Of a stretch of DNA of 64,000 bases, positions 1-10,002 are shown piece by piece. The DNA lies in the IMG/VR virus record IMGVR_UViG_3300021957_003133, positions 1-64,000 of that record, one strand, 5' to 3'. The stretch is from a virus. The notes below the pieces were generated by a model that worked only from the letters and a program-made list of their open reading frames with translations, was not told the DNA's origin and ran no database searches. The translations under genes and the position numbers were made by a program. Position 1 is the first letter of the stretch. Each line of letters begins with the position of its first letter.

Positions 1-588
1 TGTTAAGGTTGTATCATCGACACTAAGATTACCTAAAGTACTTGCCGCACTGCTACCTACTCCAAATGTTCCTGTATATCTAGCACCTGATATATAAACT
101 GACTTACCTGTAAAGTTAACGCCATTAGGTAAATTAGTACTAATAAAGTGTAATACACCTGATTGATAATCAAAGAACCATTCGTCATCGTTACCTGAAC
201 CTGTAGCAAACACTTGGTCGCCACCTGTAGCACCTGCGGCATCACCTGCTGTATGTATATAAACTTTTACTTGATATGTTGATCCTATCTCTGGTGGTAT
301 CCAATCTGTTAGTCCTGTCTTCCAGGTTCTATTTGCTGTAGCTGTTCCATCGAGTGTTGTTTCGTCTGGTGCTGATGTAGGATATACTGTGACTACTCCT
401 GCTGAGGAACTCGGCATAACTGTTGGAATTTCGCCTGCTTGTTGCCATACTTTATCGCCACGCAGTATCAGTGGTGATGCTATAGCTTCGTTTGGTGCCT
501 TTTTGTTGGTATTAGTATCAGTTTTAGTAGCACCATAACCTAATTTTTTAAATAGGTAATCAACTTTTTGATTATCGGATATTGCCAT
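1..588 (-). CDS. Virion structural protein (partial, runs off the left edge)
   Basis: Not in the ORF track. ATG at 588 overlaps the upstream TAA (TAATG). Open to position 1: MAISDNQKVDYLFKKLGYGATKTD...DEWFFDYQSGVLHF. T/G/S-rich and in a structural operon. Confidence 0.75.
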   Translation of the reverse strand, partial: MAISDNQKVDYLFKKLGYGATKTDTNTNKKAPNEAIASPLILRGDKVWQQAGEIPTVMPSSSAGVVTVYPTSAPDETTLDGTATANRTWKTGLTDWIPPEIGSTYQVKVYIHTAGDAAGATGGDQVFATGSGNDDEWFFDYQSGVLHFISTNLPNGVNFTGKSVYISGARYTGTFGVGSSAASTLGNLSVDDTTLT

Positions 589-3500
589 TAGCTAGCTACC
601 CCCACTGATAATGCTGTTACACTCTGCCCTGATGTTAGTGCTATACGAACTAGTACAACATTGCCTGTAGCATTTGTTCCGTTCTCACTACCCAGTGTCA
701 TTGTATAACCACCTGATAAACTTGTTGAAGTTGCTATTCTATCGCCTGACGTAAATGCACAGCCATCTGATCCGTTACCTCCAGCACCTGTGTTTGATCC
801 TGGTACACCTGAACCACCATATGTGGTATCTGCTCGTAACCAACCATTTAGCCCTGAAGCTGAATCAATACCAGTTCCTGGTGCCGCTATAAACAGTCCA
901 GCTATACCTGAGGATGTAATATTAATATCAAAGTTAGCCATTGTTGTTCTTCTGAATGCAAACGTAAAGTATTGTGTTCCTGTGTCTCCACTTCTGTCCG
1001 GACCTACTGGTAAGTATCCTGTTGAGTAATCAACAACATTATGTTCCAATACACCTAATCTAATAGTTGCTTCTTTTGTTCCTTCAACGCCTGGATCACT
1101 TGCTTCAGTATATGGCGAGCTTGTGTAAAAGTTTGTTGACCCTGTGTAACTTGGTGTGTCTGTAGTATCTCCACTAAAGTTAAATATTCTTAAGCCGTCA
1201 TCATCAAAGCCAGCACCTAAACTATCACTTACTGGTATTAGTATTTCTGATATGCCTGACTGTGCTGATTTGTGTACATTAATGTTTGTTGCGTTTTCTA
1301 CATAGCTACCAACACCATTACAGTTTCTAGCACGAACTCGAACTCTGTCTACTGTTCTCACTGAACTTGATGTAATTGGAACTGTTAAACTACCTAAGGT
1401 GTATGCACTTGCTACACCAACATCTACATTTGGAATGCTACCTGTCAGCATTGTTGATGAACCATCTATGTTGGCATAGGTGTAATCAGTATTTACAGTA
1501 CCTGCTGATGATGTACCTTCTTGATTAGTAGCTGTATCAACTTCTACTGGATTTGAAACATCTGAATATGCTTGTCCTGTTAAGTCATTGACTTGTACAC
1601 CTGTTAATACCACTGTTGGGCTACCTGAATTATAGTAAGGTATACCTGAAACGAATCGTTTAGTTCCTGCTGTACCTTCTGCCAGTGTACCTGCTCCACT
1701 TTCAATTGTTGGAGATACTGTGACGTCATCATAAACAACAGCTACGTAATTAGTATTTCCTGTTGTAGAATGTTCTAGTCTTTCGTCGTTGACACCCGCT
1801 GTGTAACTTGACAGTGCCTGTGTAATTTTAGCATCAAATGTTTGGAAGAATCCTGTTGGATATGTTGATCCTGATATACTGTCATTAGCATCAAGCTGTC
1901 CTGATACTACCAGACTTGTAAATGTTCCGTTCTCGCCTGTTGCGGTTGTAAATGTTTTATTACCTTTATCAACACCATTTACTTTAGCTGTTAACGTACC
2001 TGTAACGCCGTTGTACGCATTATTAACTACATTAGTGTCAATAGTACCAGATGTGTATCTACGTGCTGTTGTTGTTTGCAAACTTGCTCCAGCAACTAAC
2101 GGATTTGAGTCAGAATTATCAGTAAAGCCTGCTGTCAGTCGAGGACTAGTACCTTGGTAGCTGTCTGATAAACTTAATGTAAATCCTGACAAACTAGTAG
2201 GAGCACTTGGTACTGCATTTAATTGGAATGTTATTCCTGTGTCAACATCTGTTTGTGCTGTTAAGTCTGGTGTACCTGCGGCTGTAAATGTTAGGTTATA
2301 ATTACCTATTGATTCTCCAGTAAAGTCATGATCTAGAGTAGCACCTATTGATCCTGCTGAACTTCCATCTTCAGTAACTGCGTCATCTGAGCTAGTATCT
2401 GCCCAATCATATGTATAGCTATCTGCATTCTGTGAAGTATTTGTTACTCTTACCAATGCACGGTTAACATTGTTGTAATCTACTCCGTCATATAAATCAT
2501 AAATGTTATCACCACTTCTGTCTGATGTTGTAACTGCTGTTCCTGATATAATTGCTCTAACATCTGGCTCAACGTGTACTGTAAAGTTTGAACTTACAAA
2601 AGGTGAACTTGTGTGATTTGAGATTACTCTGATATTACCTACATAGTCCTGTGCGTTTCCGTTTGCTTGATCACCTGCACTTAGTGTAAATGTGTGATTT
2701 ATTGTTCCGCCAGTATCTCCACTACTTCCGCTACCTGTGTTTACCGTTGTTGAAGATGTTCCATCTCCCCATTGGTATTGATATTGTATTCCGTATGTTG
2801 CGTAACTACCAATTGTATTTTCTGTATTATTTGTAAACGTAACAACATGTCCTGAAGTTCCTTCTTCGTTGACCCCTGAGTTATCATCTAAAGATACTGT
2901 CGGAGTATGTGTATCATATATTTCAACTGCATCACTGCCGCTAGTTGGTGTTACTCCTGGTGTAGACGTTGAGTGACTGTCTAGTGTAACTTCAATTGTT
3001 CTTTGTTGTTCTTGTTCTGTTGATGCTGTAAATGTATGTGCAAGTCTTGCACCTGCTGTTCCACCAGCGGATGTGTCATCTGTAATTACATCATCACTTG
3101 ATCCATCACCCCAATCAACGGTAAACTGTATTGTGGCCGCACCAACGTTTGTTGTTGTGTTTTCTAGATAAACTGTAGCACCATCGTCCCAGAAGTTTAA
3201 AGCTGTGCCGCCAGTAGGCGCCGCATACATGTTAAATGATACCGCAGGATCTGCTGTAAAGATTGTGATGTAACTTGCTCTAGCAAATAGAGCCGATGAG
3301 CCCGTACCTGTACCTGCACTATGAAGTGCTGTTACTGTAATTTCAAACGGTGACCCTACGTTTGTAGTGTACGTGTGTGTTGGAGTTGTAGATGAAGTTT
3401 CTTCTACAGGTGATCCGTCGCCCCAATCAATTCTAAATGTGTTAGCATTACCTGTTGATGTGATTGTTAGTTGAACTGTAGTACCAGCGCCACCTTGTGT

Positions 3501-3962
3501 TACGTTAGATACAAAACTTACTTCTTTAACGTAAGTGTCATTTCTTACATTTTCAATAACTTCATTTAAGTCATCTATAGCGTCTGTTACTTTGGTTGTT
3601 GTTGACCAATTAATGTATGCTCCGTTTGATGTTAATGATCCATCAAGGGCCGATCCTAAAACTATTGTATTGCCTTTGAGTACTCCGCCGTCACCAATCT
3701 GTTGATCTACATATTGTTTACTGGCCGCATCGTTACCAACAGTTGGCATAGCAATGTTAGATAGTATAGCATTTCCAAAATCTGTAGTAGATAAAGTAGC
3801 CAAAGAGAAAGTTGCCGGTGGTGTGAAATCACCAATACCAAATCGTTTGTTCGCTACGTCCCAATATGTAATAGTTGGCCCGTTCGATGTTATCGAAATA
3901 TCAGTGCCTTTACGATCTAAATTGGATACTAGAGAATACCCGGGAACTCGACTTATTGCCAT
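588..3962 (-). CDS. Large virion structural protein with PKD/Ig-like domains
   Basis: 1124 aa, T/S/G-rich. Four PKD-like signatures (IDWGDGS, VDWGDGS, YQWGDGT, YDWADTS), each followed by an H-x-Y/F motif. Fibre-type motif DAASKQYVD. Late promoter upstream. Confidence 0.75.
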   Translation of the reverse strand: MAISRVPGYSLVSNLDRKGTDISITSNGPTITYWDVANKRFGIGDFTPPATFSLATLSTTDFGNAILSNIAMPTVGNDAASKQYVDQQIGDGGVLKGNTIVLGSALDGSLTSNGAYINWSTTTKVTDAIDDLNEVIENVRNDTYVKEVSFVSNVTQGGAGTTVQLTITSTGNANTFRIDWGDGSPVEETSSTTPTHTYTTNVGSPFEITVTALHSAGTGTGSSALFARASYITIFTADPAVSFNMYAAPTGGTALNFWDDGATVYLENTTTNVGAATIQFTVDWGDGSSDDVITDDTSAGGTAGARLAHTFTASTEQEQQRTIEVTLDSHSTSTPGVTPTSGSDAVEIYDTHTPTVSLDDNSGVNEEGTSGHVVTFTNNTENTIGSYATYGIQYQYQWGDGTSSTTVNTGSGSSGDTGGTINHTFTLSAGDQANGNAQDYVGNIRVISNHTSSPFVSSNFTVHVEPDVRAIISGTAVTTSDRSGDNIYDLYDGVDYNNVNRALVRVTNTSQNADSYTYDWADTSSDDAVTEDGSSAGSIGATLDHDFTGESIGNYNLTFTAAGTPDLTAQTDVDTGITFQLNAVPSAPTSLSGFTLSLSDSYQGTSPRLTAGFTDNSDSNPLVAGASLQTTTARRYTSGTIDTNVVNNAYNGVTGTLTAKVNGVDKGNKTFTTATGENGTFTSLVVSGQLDANDSISGSTYPTGFFQTFDAKITQALSSYTAGVNDERLEHSTTGNTNYVAVVYDDVTVSPTIESGAGTLAEGTAGTKRFVSGIPYYNSGSPTVVLTGVQVNDLTGQAYSDVSNPVEVDTATNQEGTSSAGTVNTDYTYANIDGSSTMLTGSIPNVDVGVASAYTLGSLTVPITSSSVRTVDRVRVRARNCNGVGSYVENATNINVHKSAQSGISEILIPVSDSLGAGFDDDGLRIFNFSGDTTDTPSYTGSTNFYTSSPYTEASDPGVEGTKEATIRLGVLEHNVVDYSTGYLPVGPDRSGDTGTQYFTFAFRRTTMANFDINITSSGIAGLFIAAPGTGIDSASGLNGWLRADTTYGGSGVPGSNTGAGGNGSDGCAFTSGDRIATSTSLSGGYTMTLGSENGTNATGNVVLVRIALTSGQSVTALSVGVAS

Positions 3963-3985
3963 TTATAATTTTCCAATCTTTCTAC

Positions 3986-3993
3986 TATTTATC
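3986..3993 (-). promoter_or_regulatory. Late promoter (GATAAATA)
   Basis: Variant of the T4 late element TATAAATA, intergenic, upstream of a structural gene; a gp55 homologue is in the window. Confidence 0.7.
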
Positions 3994-3999
3994 AGAAAA

Positions 4000-4467
4000 T
4001 TAAGAAGGCTCTGTAGAATTCAATCCGTGTATTACAGTAATTTGTGATGATGTTGTTGGGTTGGAATTAAAATGTATGTCAGTGCCTGTTACTGCATTGG
4101 CAACAAATTCATAATTAGTTCCTGGGATTTGATAAACAGTTCCAACATGAACTAAGATATTAGCCGCCCATAAGTCTGGATCTGTTACATTGTAATCGAA
4201 CGATAACGGCCCATAGTCTGCTACTGTGTTGTCTCCAGTGAAACTATCTTTAGTAACTAATGCTTTTGCACTACCAACAGTTGATACTGTTTGATAAGTG
4301 TTTGCTGTATGCCCGTAATACTCAAGTTTATCTGTTGACGTACTATAACGTAATGATGTTTGATTTGTAGTTCCGGCTACATTTGACCTAAAACTAGCTG
4401 ATGTGGCTTGAAGTCCTATAGCATAGTTGCCAGATGTAAATATAGTATTTTTTGCAAAGCGTCCCAT
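4000..4467 (-). CDS. Putative virion protein
   Basis: 155 aa, tightly packed in a late operon; C-terminal region (ILVHVGTVYQIPGTNYEF) resembles small phage beta-sandwich domains. Confidence 0.6.
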   Translation of the reverse strand: MGRFAKNTIFTSGNYAIGLQATSASFRSNVAGTTNQTSLRYSTSTDKLEYYGHTANTYQTVSTVGSAKALVTKDSFTGDNTVADYGPLSFDYNVTDPDLWAANILVHVGTVYQIPGTNYEFVANAVTGTDIHFNSNPTTSSQITVIHGLNSTEPS

Positions 4468-4782
4468 TTATATTCCTATATAGCTTATAGTCATTGAAAT
4501 AGCATCAGAAGCATCAGTATTAGCTTTTAGCATGTCACCATCCGACAATATTAGTTTTTCGCTATCAATAACGTAAGTGTCACCTGTTTGTAATTGTACA
4601 CCTGAGTATACTCTATGACTTAATGTAGTTAACGTATTTCCTGTTGGGCATACGTAAACATCAAATGTCCTTGCTGAACTGTCTGTATTACAGAGATACA
4701 TGGCTGTGATTGCACTTGCTCCACTGCTGACATATACGTTTGCCGCATCACCTGTCGTTATTAAAGAATTTGTTATCGCCAT
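4468..4782 (-). CDS. Putative virion protein
   Basis: 104 aa, beta-rich, abuts neighbours, AGGA RBS. Confidence 0.6.
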   Translation of the reverse strand: MAITNSLITTGDAANVYVSSGASAITAMYLCNTDSSARTFDVYVCPTGNTLTTLSHRVYSGVQLQTGDTYVIDSEKLILSDGDMLKANTDASDAISMTISYIGI

Positions 4783-4791
4783 TTTCTATTC

Positions 4792-5349
4792 CTATAAAAT
4801 TATTGAAAACACTATGGCTTTCGATTTTGTTACTAATTCATCAGAGTCTGTATTACTATTTACTACAAACAATCCGCTACCTGCACTACCTACTGCGTCT
4901 GCGTATATTTTTGATTTATCAGCTGTTGCTGTTGGAATATCTGTAGTTTCGTCAAACTGCAAATGAAACCCATTGGTTTCTAAGTTTCCGCCCAACTGCG
5001 GAGTTGTGTCTTCTACAACATTAGATAGTCCACCGCCTCCTGCTGTTAAAATTGTGCTAAAACTTGCGCCGTCGGTAGTTAATTCCCATACGTCTGACGT
5101 TTCGTTCCATCTAATGCCAACGTTGGCTTGTAATCCTCTGTCAACTTGAAGTGACGCAGTTCCGGGCGATGCATTACCACCTACTCCCCATCCTGCTTCT
5201 CCTACATTTAACGTAATATCTTTATCTTGTACATCAGTGTTTGTTACTGTGGTAGTATCATAAACTCCAGCAACGTGTAAGTTACCGGTCAGGAAGACAT
5301 CTGGGGTATCTATAGTATAATTTGTATTAAGTCTTTTAAATGCGGCCAT
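4792..5349 (-). CDS. Putative virion/fibre-associated protein
   Basis: 185 aa; contains VVEDTTPQLGGNLETNG and IRWNETSDVW motifs typical of phage fibre proteins. Confidence 0.65.
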   Translation of the reverse strand: MAAFKRLNTNYTIDTPDVFLTGNLHVAGVYDTTTVTNTDVQDKDITLNVGEAGWGVGGNASPGTASLQVDRGLQANVGIRWNETSDVWELTTDGASFSTILTAGGGGLSNVVEDTTPQLGGNLETNGFHLQFDETTDIPTATADKSKIYADAVGSAGSGLFVVNSNTDSDELVTKSKAIVFSIIL

Positions 5350-5372
5350 ATTATTTTATTTCCAGTTTCTAT

Positions 5373-5380
5373 TATTTATC
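5373..5380 (-). promoter_or_regulatory. Late promoter (GATAAATA)
   Basis: Intergenic, just downstream of a terminator and upstream of the 185-aa gene. Confidence 0.7.
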
Positions 5381-5396
5381 CTCTAAATTAAAACTC

Positions 5397-5421
5397 AAAA
5401 AAATAGCACCCGAAGGTGCTA
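5397..5421 (-). terminator. Intrinsic terminator
   Basis: TAGCACC-TTCG-GGTGCTA stem (UUCG loop on the minus strand) followed by T7. Confidence 0.85.
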
Positions 5422-5446
5422 CTTTTTCTAAAGCATTTAAACATAC

Positions 5447-5881
5447 TTACCCAGTTGCTACGTTAGCAAAACTTGCGTCTGCCGCTGTTTGTACTTTGTA
5501 AGGATATCTGTTGTCACTCCAATCCCAAACAAATTTACTAGAAATCCTTTGAGCAAGGAATTCATTAGTTGCATTTCCAAAACATGTTACCATACCTTCA
5601 TTTGCTGATAAGTTAGCTGAATTTCTTCCGTCTGGATTAGCTAAAGTAACTGTTGCTATGTTAGCACCAATATCTGCACTGTTGCCAACAAGGTATTGGT
5701 TTTGGCCTTTTTGGTTTTCAGCATAGCCACTAGCAATTAGTGTGCCGTCTGCTTCTTTATATGTAATAGCGATAGTATATACGCCAGATGAAGATTGTGG
5801 TTTACCAATTGTACCACCAAGTCCACTTGCATACCCACTATCGATTGTTGCTGATTCTGAGCGTTTAATAGGTCTTCCCAT
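5447..5881 (-). CDS. Hypothetical late protein (possible head-associated protein)
   Basis: 144 aa, strong AAGGAG RBS, own late promoter and terminator, directly downstream of the capsid gene. Confidence 0.65.
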   Translation of the reverse strand: MGRPIKRSESATIDSGYASGLGGTIGKPQSSSGVYTIAITYKEADGTLIASGYAENQKGQNQYLVGNSADIGANIATVTLANPDGRNSANLSANEGMVTCFGNATNEFLAQRISSKFVWDWSDNRYPYKVQTAADASFANVATG

Positions 5882-5912
5882 TAGTTATTCTCCTTTAAAT
5901 TTAAAGTCAAGG

Positions 5913-5955
5913 CGTTCTAGGCCCTACGCGATGGGTTCGCATAAATTCCAAAACG
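5913..5955 (-). promoter_or_regulatory. Structured 5' leader (candidate cis-regulatory RNA)
   Basis: CGUUUUGG/CUAGAACG outer stem and UAUGCGA-ACCCA-UCGCGUA inner stem, lying between the late promoter and the RBS. Confidence 0.5.
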
Positions 5956-5963
5956 AACAGTAG

Positions 5964-5971
5964 TATTTATT
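5964..5971 (-). promoter_or_regulatory. Late promoter (AATAAATA)
   Basis: Immediately after the capsid terminator. Confidence 0.65.
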
Positions 5972-5977
5972 CCAGTC

Positions 5978-6007
5978 AAAAAAAAGCACCCCTAAAGGTG
6001 CTTTTTT
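5978..6007 (-). terminator. Intrinsic terminator after the major capsid gene (bidirectional shape)
   Basis: A8-GCACC-N6-GGTGC-T6. Confidence 0.85.
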
Positions 6008-6047
6008 AATGTTACTAGGTTTGTAACCTATCTTACATAAGTTTAAC

Positions 6048-7223
6048 TTATGAGAATGATAAGTTTGAAACAGCTACTTCTTCTAAGTAGTCTGCCGCAT
6101 TACCAAGGGATGACGCTGTGTTTGATAATTCAACATAGCCATATCTTGTCATGAAGCCTACTACTGGTTCGAAAGTACTTGGATCTAATACAACACCTGA
6201 GCTCATTAGTGGAACGTATGGGCAATAGAACGCCGCCGCATCTGCTTCACTTGAACCTTTATAACCTACTAGTACTGCTGTAGTGTCTGAAGCATATGAA
6301 TCAACATAAATTTTCATTGCTGAGTTCAATGTACCTACAAACTTAGTGTTTGTTGGTGCTTCAAATGTACCTTCAGTTGTTCTTGCGAACGCTGAAGTAG
6401 TAGCAGATTGTAGTACTGTTAACGCCGCTGGTGATACAACTGCCCAGTTACCTGCGCCTCTACGTGTTCTTTGAGCGATTAAGTTTGCCGCACGGTTTAC
6501 TGTAACCGCTAATGCCGCATGTTCATCACCAACGAATGTAGCTGTACCAGATACAGTAGCTTGGTTGTATGCGAAAGTTGAACCTGATAAACTTCTTAAT
6601 GAAGCTAGAACTTCTTGATCAATTTCCACAGTAATCTCTTGAGCTAGTGCCGCCATGATTTCAGCTTCTACGTCTAGACCGTGCATTGCTTGAGCGTCTT
6701 GAGCCGCTTCAAAAGTCCAACGTGCTGATAACTTACGTGTTTTAGCTTCAACAGTTTGTTTTAAGATTTGAACGTTAATTCTACGACCTGCTTGGCCTTC
6801 TAGTGCTGATGTATTAGCCGCTAGTCCAGCAGTTCCGTCGCCAGAGTAAGCAACGCCTACTTTGAACGGTGATAATGCTTCATCACCAGCTGTTACGTCA
6901 TTTGCTGTACCTGTTGCATTGTTTGTATCAGCATAACGTACTCTTAGTGTATGAATTTGAGCAACTGGGCCAGTCATTGGTTGTACACCAACGATTTCGT
7001 TAGCAATAACAGTTGGCATTACTCGTCTAATTACAGGAAGAATAACTCTGTTTAATGTAGCAACGTTACTAGAACTTGTTGCGCCACTTGTAGCGTTTTC
7101 TTGCAAGTGTTTCTTTGTGTTTTCTAGAATTACGGACATAGTCGATCTACGTGCGCCTTGTAAGCCTTCTAACAGAGCGTCCTTAGTTTCGTTCCAACGT
7201 CCTTCTAATAGTTGGGTTGTCAT
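6048..7223 (-). CDS. gp23: Major capsid protein (T4 gp23-like)
   Basis: Motifs RRVMP..IA.EIVGVQPMTGP, EAKTRKLSARWTFEAAQD, FYCPYVPL, GFMTRYG. Confidence 0.97.
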   Translation of the reverse strand: MTTQLLEGRWNETKDALLEGLQGARRSTMSVILENTKKHLQENATSGATSSSNVATLNRVILPVIRRVMPTVIANEIVGVQPMTGPVAQIHTLRVRYADTNNATGTANDVTAGDEALSPFKVGVAYSGDGTAGLAANTSALEGQAGRRINVQILKQTVEAKTRKLSARWTFEAAQDAQAMHGLDVEAEIMAALAQEITVEIDQEVLASLRSLSGSTFAYNQATVSGTATFVGDEHAALAVTVNRAANLIAQRTRRGAGNWAVVSPAALTVLQSATTSAFARTTEGTFEAPTNTKFVGTLNSAMKIYVDSYASDTTAVLVGYKGSSEADAAAFYCPYVPLMSSGVVLDPSTFEPVVGFMTRYGYVELSNTASSLGNAADYLEEVAVSNLSFS

Positions 7224-7256
7224 TTCTTTATTTCCTTTAAAAAAAAATTTATGCTA

Positions 7257-8348
7257 TTATAGCCCTGCTAAACGTCGAATTTCTACAACGTTGTTGAGAT
7301 TTTCTTCGCTGGCTTTAGCAGATTTATCACCAGATACTTCTACACGACTTTCAGCTAACGTGGGCTTGTCGGCCTTCGGTTTGCTTGTGTTGTTTAGAAC
7401 TGCTGGCAAATACTTTTCGTATGCATTCTGAAGTCTATCAGTTTGCACACTTTCGAGTAAGCTAGACATTACATCAGCTTTCTCTGTGTTTAGAGGTTTC
7501 AATAATTCGTCAAGTTTAGCCTTGCGACTTACACTTTCGTTAATCATTTTAACTTCATGTTTACTACTTTCAACTAGAGCTTCTTTTTCTTCGATTGCTT
7601 TTTGACTCTCAGCTATGATTGAATCTTTTTCATCAATTGTTGCTTGAAGTTTAGCAAGTTCAGTGTTCTCATTTAAATGAGTTACAGCAAACTCGTTTGC
7701 AAACGCTTCAAAGATACGACGTCCAAACATGTTCTCGCGAGCTGAGTGGATGTCTTCTTTTAGTTGAGCTAATTCTGAGCCTAGATTATTTGTTACTGAT
7801 TCCTTAACAAGTTTAGCTGATCGTTTAACAAAAGCTGATTGTAGTTCTGCTAGTTTTGACTTAGCTTCTGCTACTAATTTAACTTTAGTTTCAACAACTG
7901 CTTTCTTGTCTTGGTCAAACTCTTTAATTTCTTCAGCTAGTGCATGGATAACAAATTTCTCTAACTTAGCAATAGCTTCAGTTTGAGTTTTGCGATCTGT
8001 GCGTAGCTCGTTGATTTCTTCAGCAAGCTTATTAACCATAAAGTCATTAAACTTACCAGCATTTTCGACCATTTGTGTTTTAAACTTAACACGGTCTTCT
8101 GCAAGAGCTTGTTTCTCATCGGCGAACTCTTTAAGTTCAGCGGTAAGATTTTCAGTTACCATTTTGTCTAGAGCTTCAACCATTACGTTTTTGTCATGTT
8201 CGTAGCGACCAGCAAACTCTTCACGCAATTCAGCACGAATAGTTTCTCTGGCTTCATTAATTTGTGATTCCCAAGCTTCGTTTATAGTAGCTTGAGTTTC
8301 TTCATTAATGATGCCACTATCTAACAATGGTTTGATAGCGTCTAACAT
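7257..8348 (-). CDS. gp22: Prohead core scaffolding protein (gp22-like)
   Basis: 363 aa E/K-rich coiled coil between the protease and capsid genes. Confidence 0.85.
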   Translation of the reverse strand: MLDAIKPLLDSGIINEETQATINEAWESQINEARETIRAELREEFAGRYEHDKNVMVEALDKMVTENLTAELKEFADEKQALAEDRVKFKTQMVENAGKFNDFMVNKLAEEINELRTDRKTQTEAIAKLEKFVIHALAEEIKEFDQDKKAVVETKVKLVAEAKSKLAELQSAFVKRSAKLVKESVTNNLGSELAQLKEDIHSARENMFGRRIFEAFANEFAVTHLNENTELAKLQATIDEKDSIIAESQKAIEEKEALVESSKHEVKMINESVSRKAKLDELLKPLNTEKADVMSSLLESVQTDRLQNAYEKYLPAVLNNTSKPKADKPTLAESRVEVSGDKSAKASEENLNNVVEIRRLAGL

Positions 8349-8357
8349 TATGATCTC

Positions 8358-8999
8358 CTATTTAATTTTCAAATCTTTGATTAGTCTAGTTACAGACTGT
8401 TTCAAATATTTTTGTACTCTTTGATCTGCACTGGCCTCACGTGCCATTTCGAATACCTGTTGGCCACCTTTCATATTCATCAGTCCTTCGTAAATCGCTG
8501 TTGGATATGCATTAGGTGCACTAGGTTGTGCAACTACATCGACTGTGACTATTTCGAAGTCACTTACTTTGCCGTCTCCCTCGTTAACGTTTCCGCTACC
8601 ACGAGATGAAACACCAAGTTTAACCCCTGATCCCAACATGGTCTCAACTAACTGACCCATTGGAGTAGGGAGAATTTTTAATTTACCAAAGCCATTAGGT
8701 TCGTCCATCCACATATTTTCAATCATATGTGACACACGGTCTAAATTAATTTTCAAATCATCAGGGTGATCTACTTCGCCTAAGACGCTATAGCCACCCT
8801 TGATTTGTTCATTTAATGTAGAAACGGCTGTTTCAATCTCTGTTATAGGATATACACGTTCATTGTGATTTTTTACACCACCCTGAATGAATACTCCTTT
8901 CATATATAAGTCCTTACCACTACCGTCTTTCTTGTCTTCAGATAGGACTTCCATCCCAGCTTGGGTAAATGTTAAGTGCTCTTTAAGATATGTAGCCAT
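8358..8999 (-). CDS. gp21: Prohead protease (gp21-like)
   Basis: GVFIQGGVKNHNERVYP, GEVDHP, GVSSRGSG, DVVAQPSAPNA motifs. Confidence 0.95.
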   Translation of the reverse strand: MATYLKEHLTFTQAGMEVLSEDKKDGSGKDLYMKGVFIQGGVKNHNERVYPITEIETAVSTLNEQIKGGYSVLGEVDHPDDLKINLDRVSHMIENMWMDEPNGFGKLKILPTPMGQLVETMLGSGVKLGVSSRGSGNVNEGDGKVSDFEIVTVDVVAQPSAPNAYPTAIYEGLMNMKGGQQVFEMAREASADQRVQKYLKQSVTRLIKDLKIK

Positions 9000-9012
9000 T
9001 GTTATTTCCTAA

Positions 9013-9864
9013 TTAACCGTCAATTGGTGAATCTGTATCTGTACCTGCCGCTTGCTTGTTATCTGCTTTTTCTTTCTTACTAAAAGCTTTACCTGCTTTA
9101 GCGCCTGGCTTGTTTAATGGATCTTTAACTAAATCGCCTTTTGGTTGAGGTGCTTTAGCTGGTTTAGTACCGTCTGGGTTACTTTCACCACCTAAGTCCA
9201 TGTTTACTGCTGTACCGCCCATGTCGTTTTTGCCTGCCACTGGTGATTTAGTATCTGCACCTTGGCCGTCAGTTACAGGAGCTGGAGCTTTTTCAACATA
9301 CTCTTTAACAACTTCTGCTTCTTCTTCAACAACTTCTTCAGCAACTTCTTCAGCATCTTCTTCAACAGTTTCTTCTTTAGCTTCTTCAACTGCTTCTTCT
9401 TCAGAATCTGTAGCTTCTGCCATTGCCATTTCTTCAGCATCAACTGCTACTTCAGCTTCAGGCTCAGCATCTTCACCTGCCATTAGTGCATCAAATTCTG
9501 CTTTTAATTCGTCAAGTGCATCTTCAAGATCTTCAACACGGTCTTCTACATCTTCTTCTTCAGTTGGTGCTTCATCAGCATCAACTTCCATGTCCATTTC
9601 TTCTTCAGCGTCATGATCTTCAGCGTCATGATCTTCTTCGTGTTCTTCTTCTGAAATACCTTCATCTTCTGTGCTGATTTCGTCTACTAAGTCGGCTACT
9701 TCTTCAGTAGATTCTTCAGTAGCTACTTCGTTTAGATCTGCATCGTCGATTAAGTTTTCATATATATCGCGTGATTTTTCAACAACGATATCGTGGAATA
9801 ATTCTCGAGCTTTTGCGTCTTCATCATTAATGATGTGCTCAATAAGTTGTTCATACTTGTTCAT
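9013..9864 (-). CDS. Highly acidic prohead core/internal protein
   Basis: 283 aa, very D/E-rich, located between portal and protease like T4 gp67/gp68. Confidence 0.65.
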   Translation of the reverse strand: MNKYEQLIEHIINDEDAKARELFHDIVVEKSRDIYENLIDDADLNEVATEESTEEVADLVDEISTEDEGISEEEHEEDHDAEDHDAEEEMDMEVDADEAPTEEEDVEDRVEDLEDALDELKAEFDALMAGEDAEPEAEVAVDAEEMAMAEATDSEEEAVEEAKEETVEEDAEEVAEEVVEEEAEVVKEYVEKAPAPVTDGQGADTKSPVAGKNDMGGTAVNMDLGGESNPDGTKPAKAPQPKGDLVKDPLNKPGAKAGKAFSKKEKADNKQAAGTDTDSPIDG

Positions 9865-9938
9865 TACGGTGAACTCCTTTTAAAAATAAAAATTTAAATC
9901 TTTGAAATCAAAATGTCTCATTTGTTCGTTATGTAATG

Positions 9939-9946
9939 TATTTAAC
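9939..9946 (-). promoter_or_regulatory. Late promoter variant (GTTAAATA)
   Basis: TAAATA core in the intergenic region upstream of the head operon. Confidence 0.5.
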
Positions 9947-10002
9947 GATTTATTTGGTTTTATAGGTTAAATGCGTTGTTTTTGATTGTTTTTGAAGGAT
10001 AA

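Noticed and set aside
9604-9633. 15-nt direct repeat
   Set aside because: In-frame duplication (DHDAE x2) in a low-complexity acidic protein.
9200-9883. Ser/Phe-rich plus-strand ORFs, and similar short antisense ORFs throughout the track
   Set aside because: They are shadows of the real genes on the opposite strand (e.g. GAA-rich codons read as TTC/TCT).
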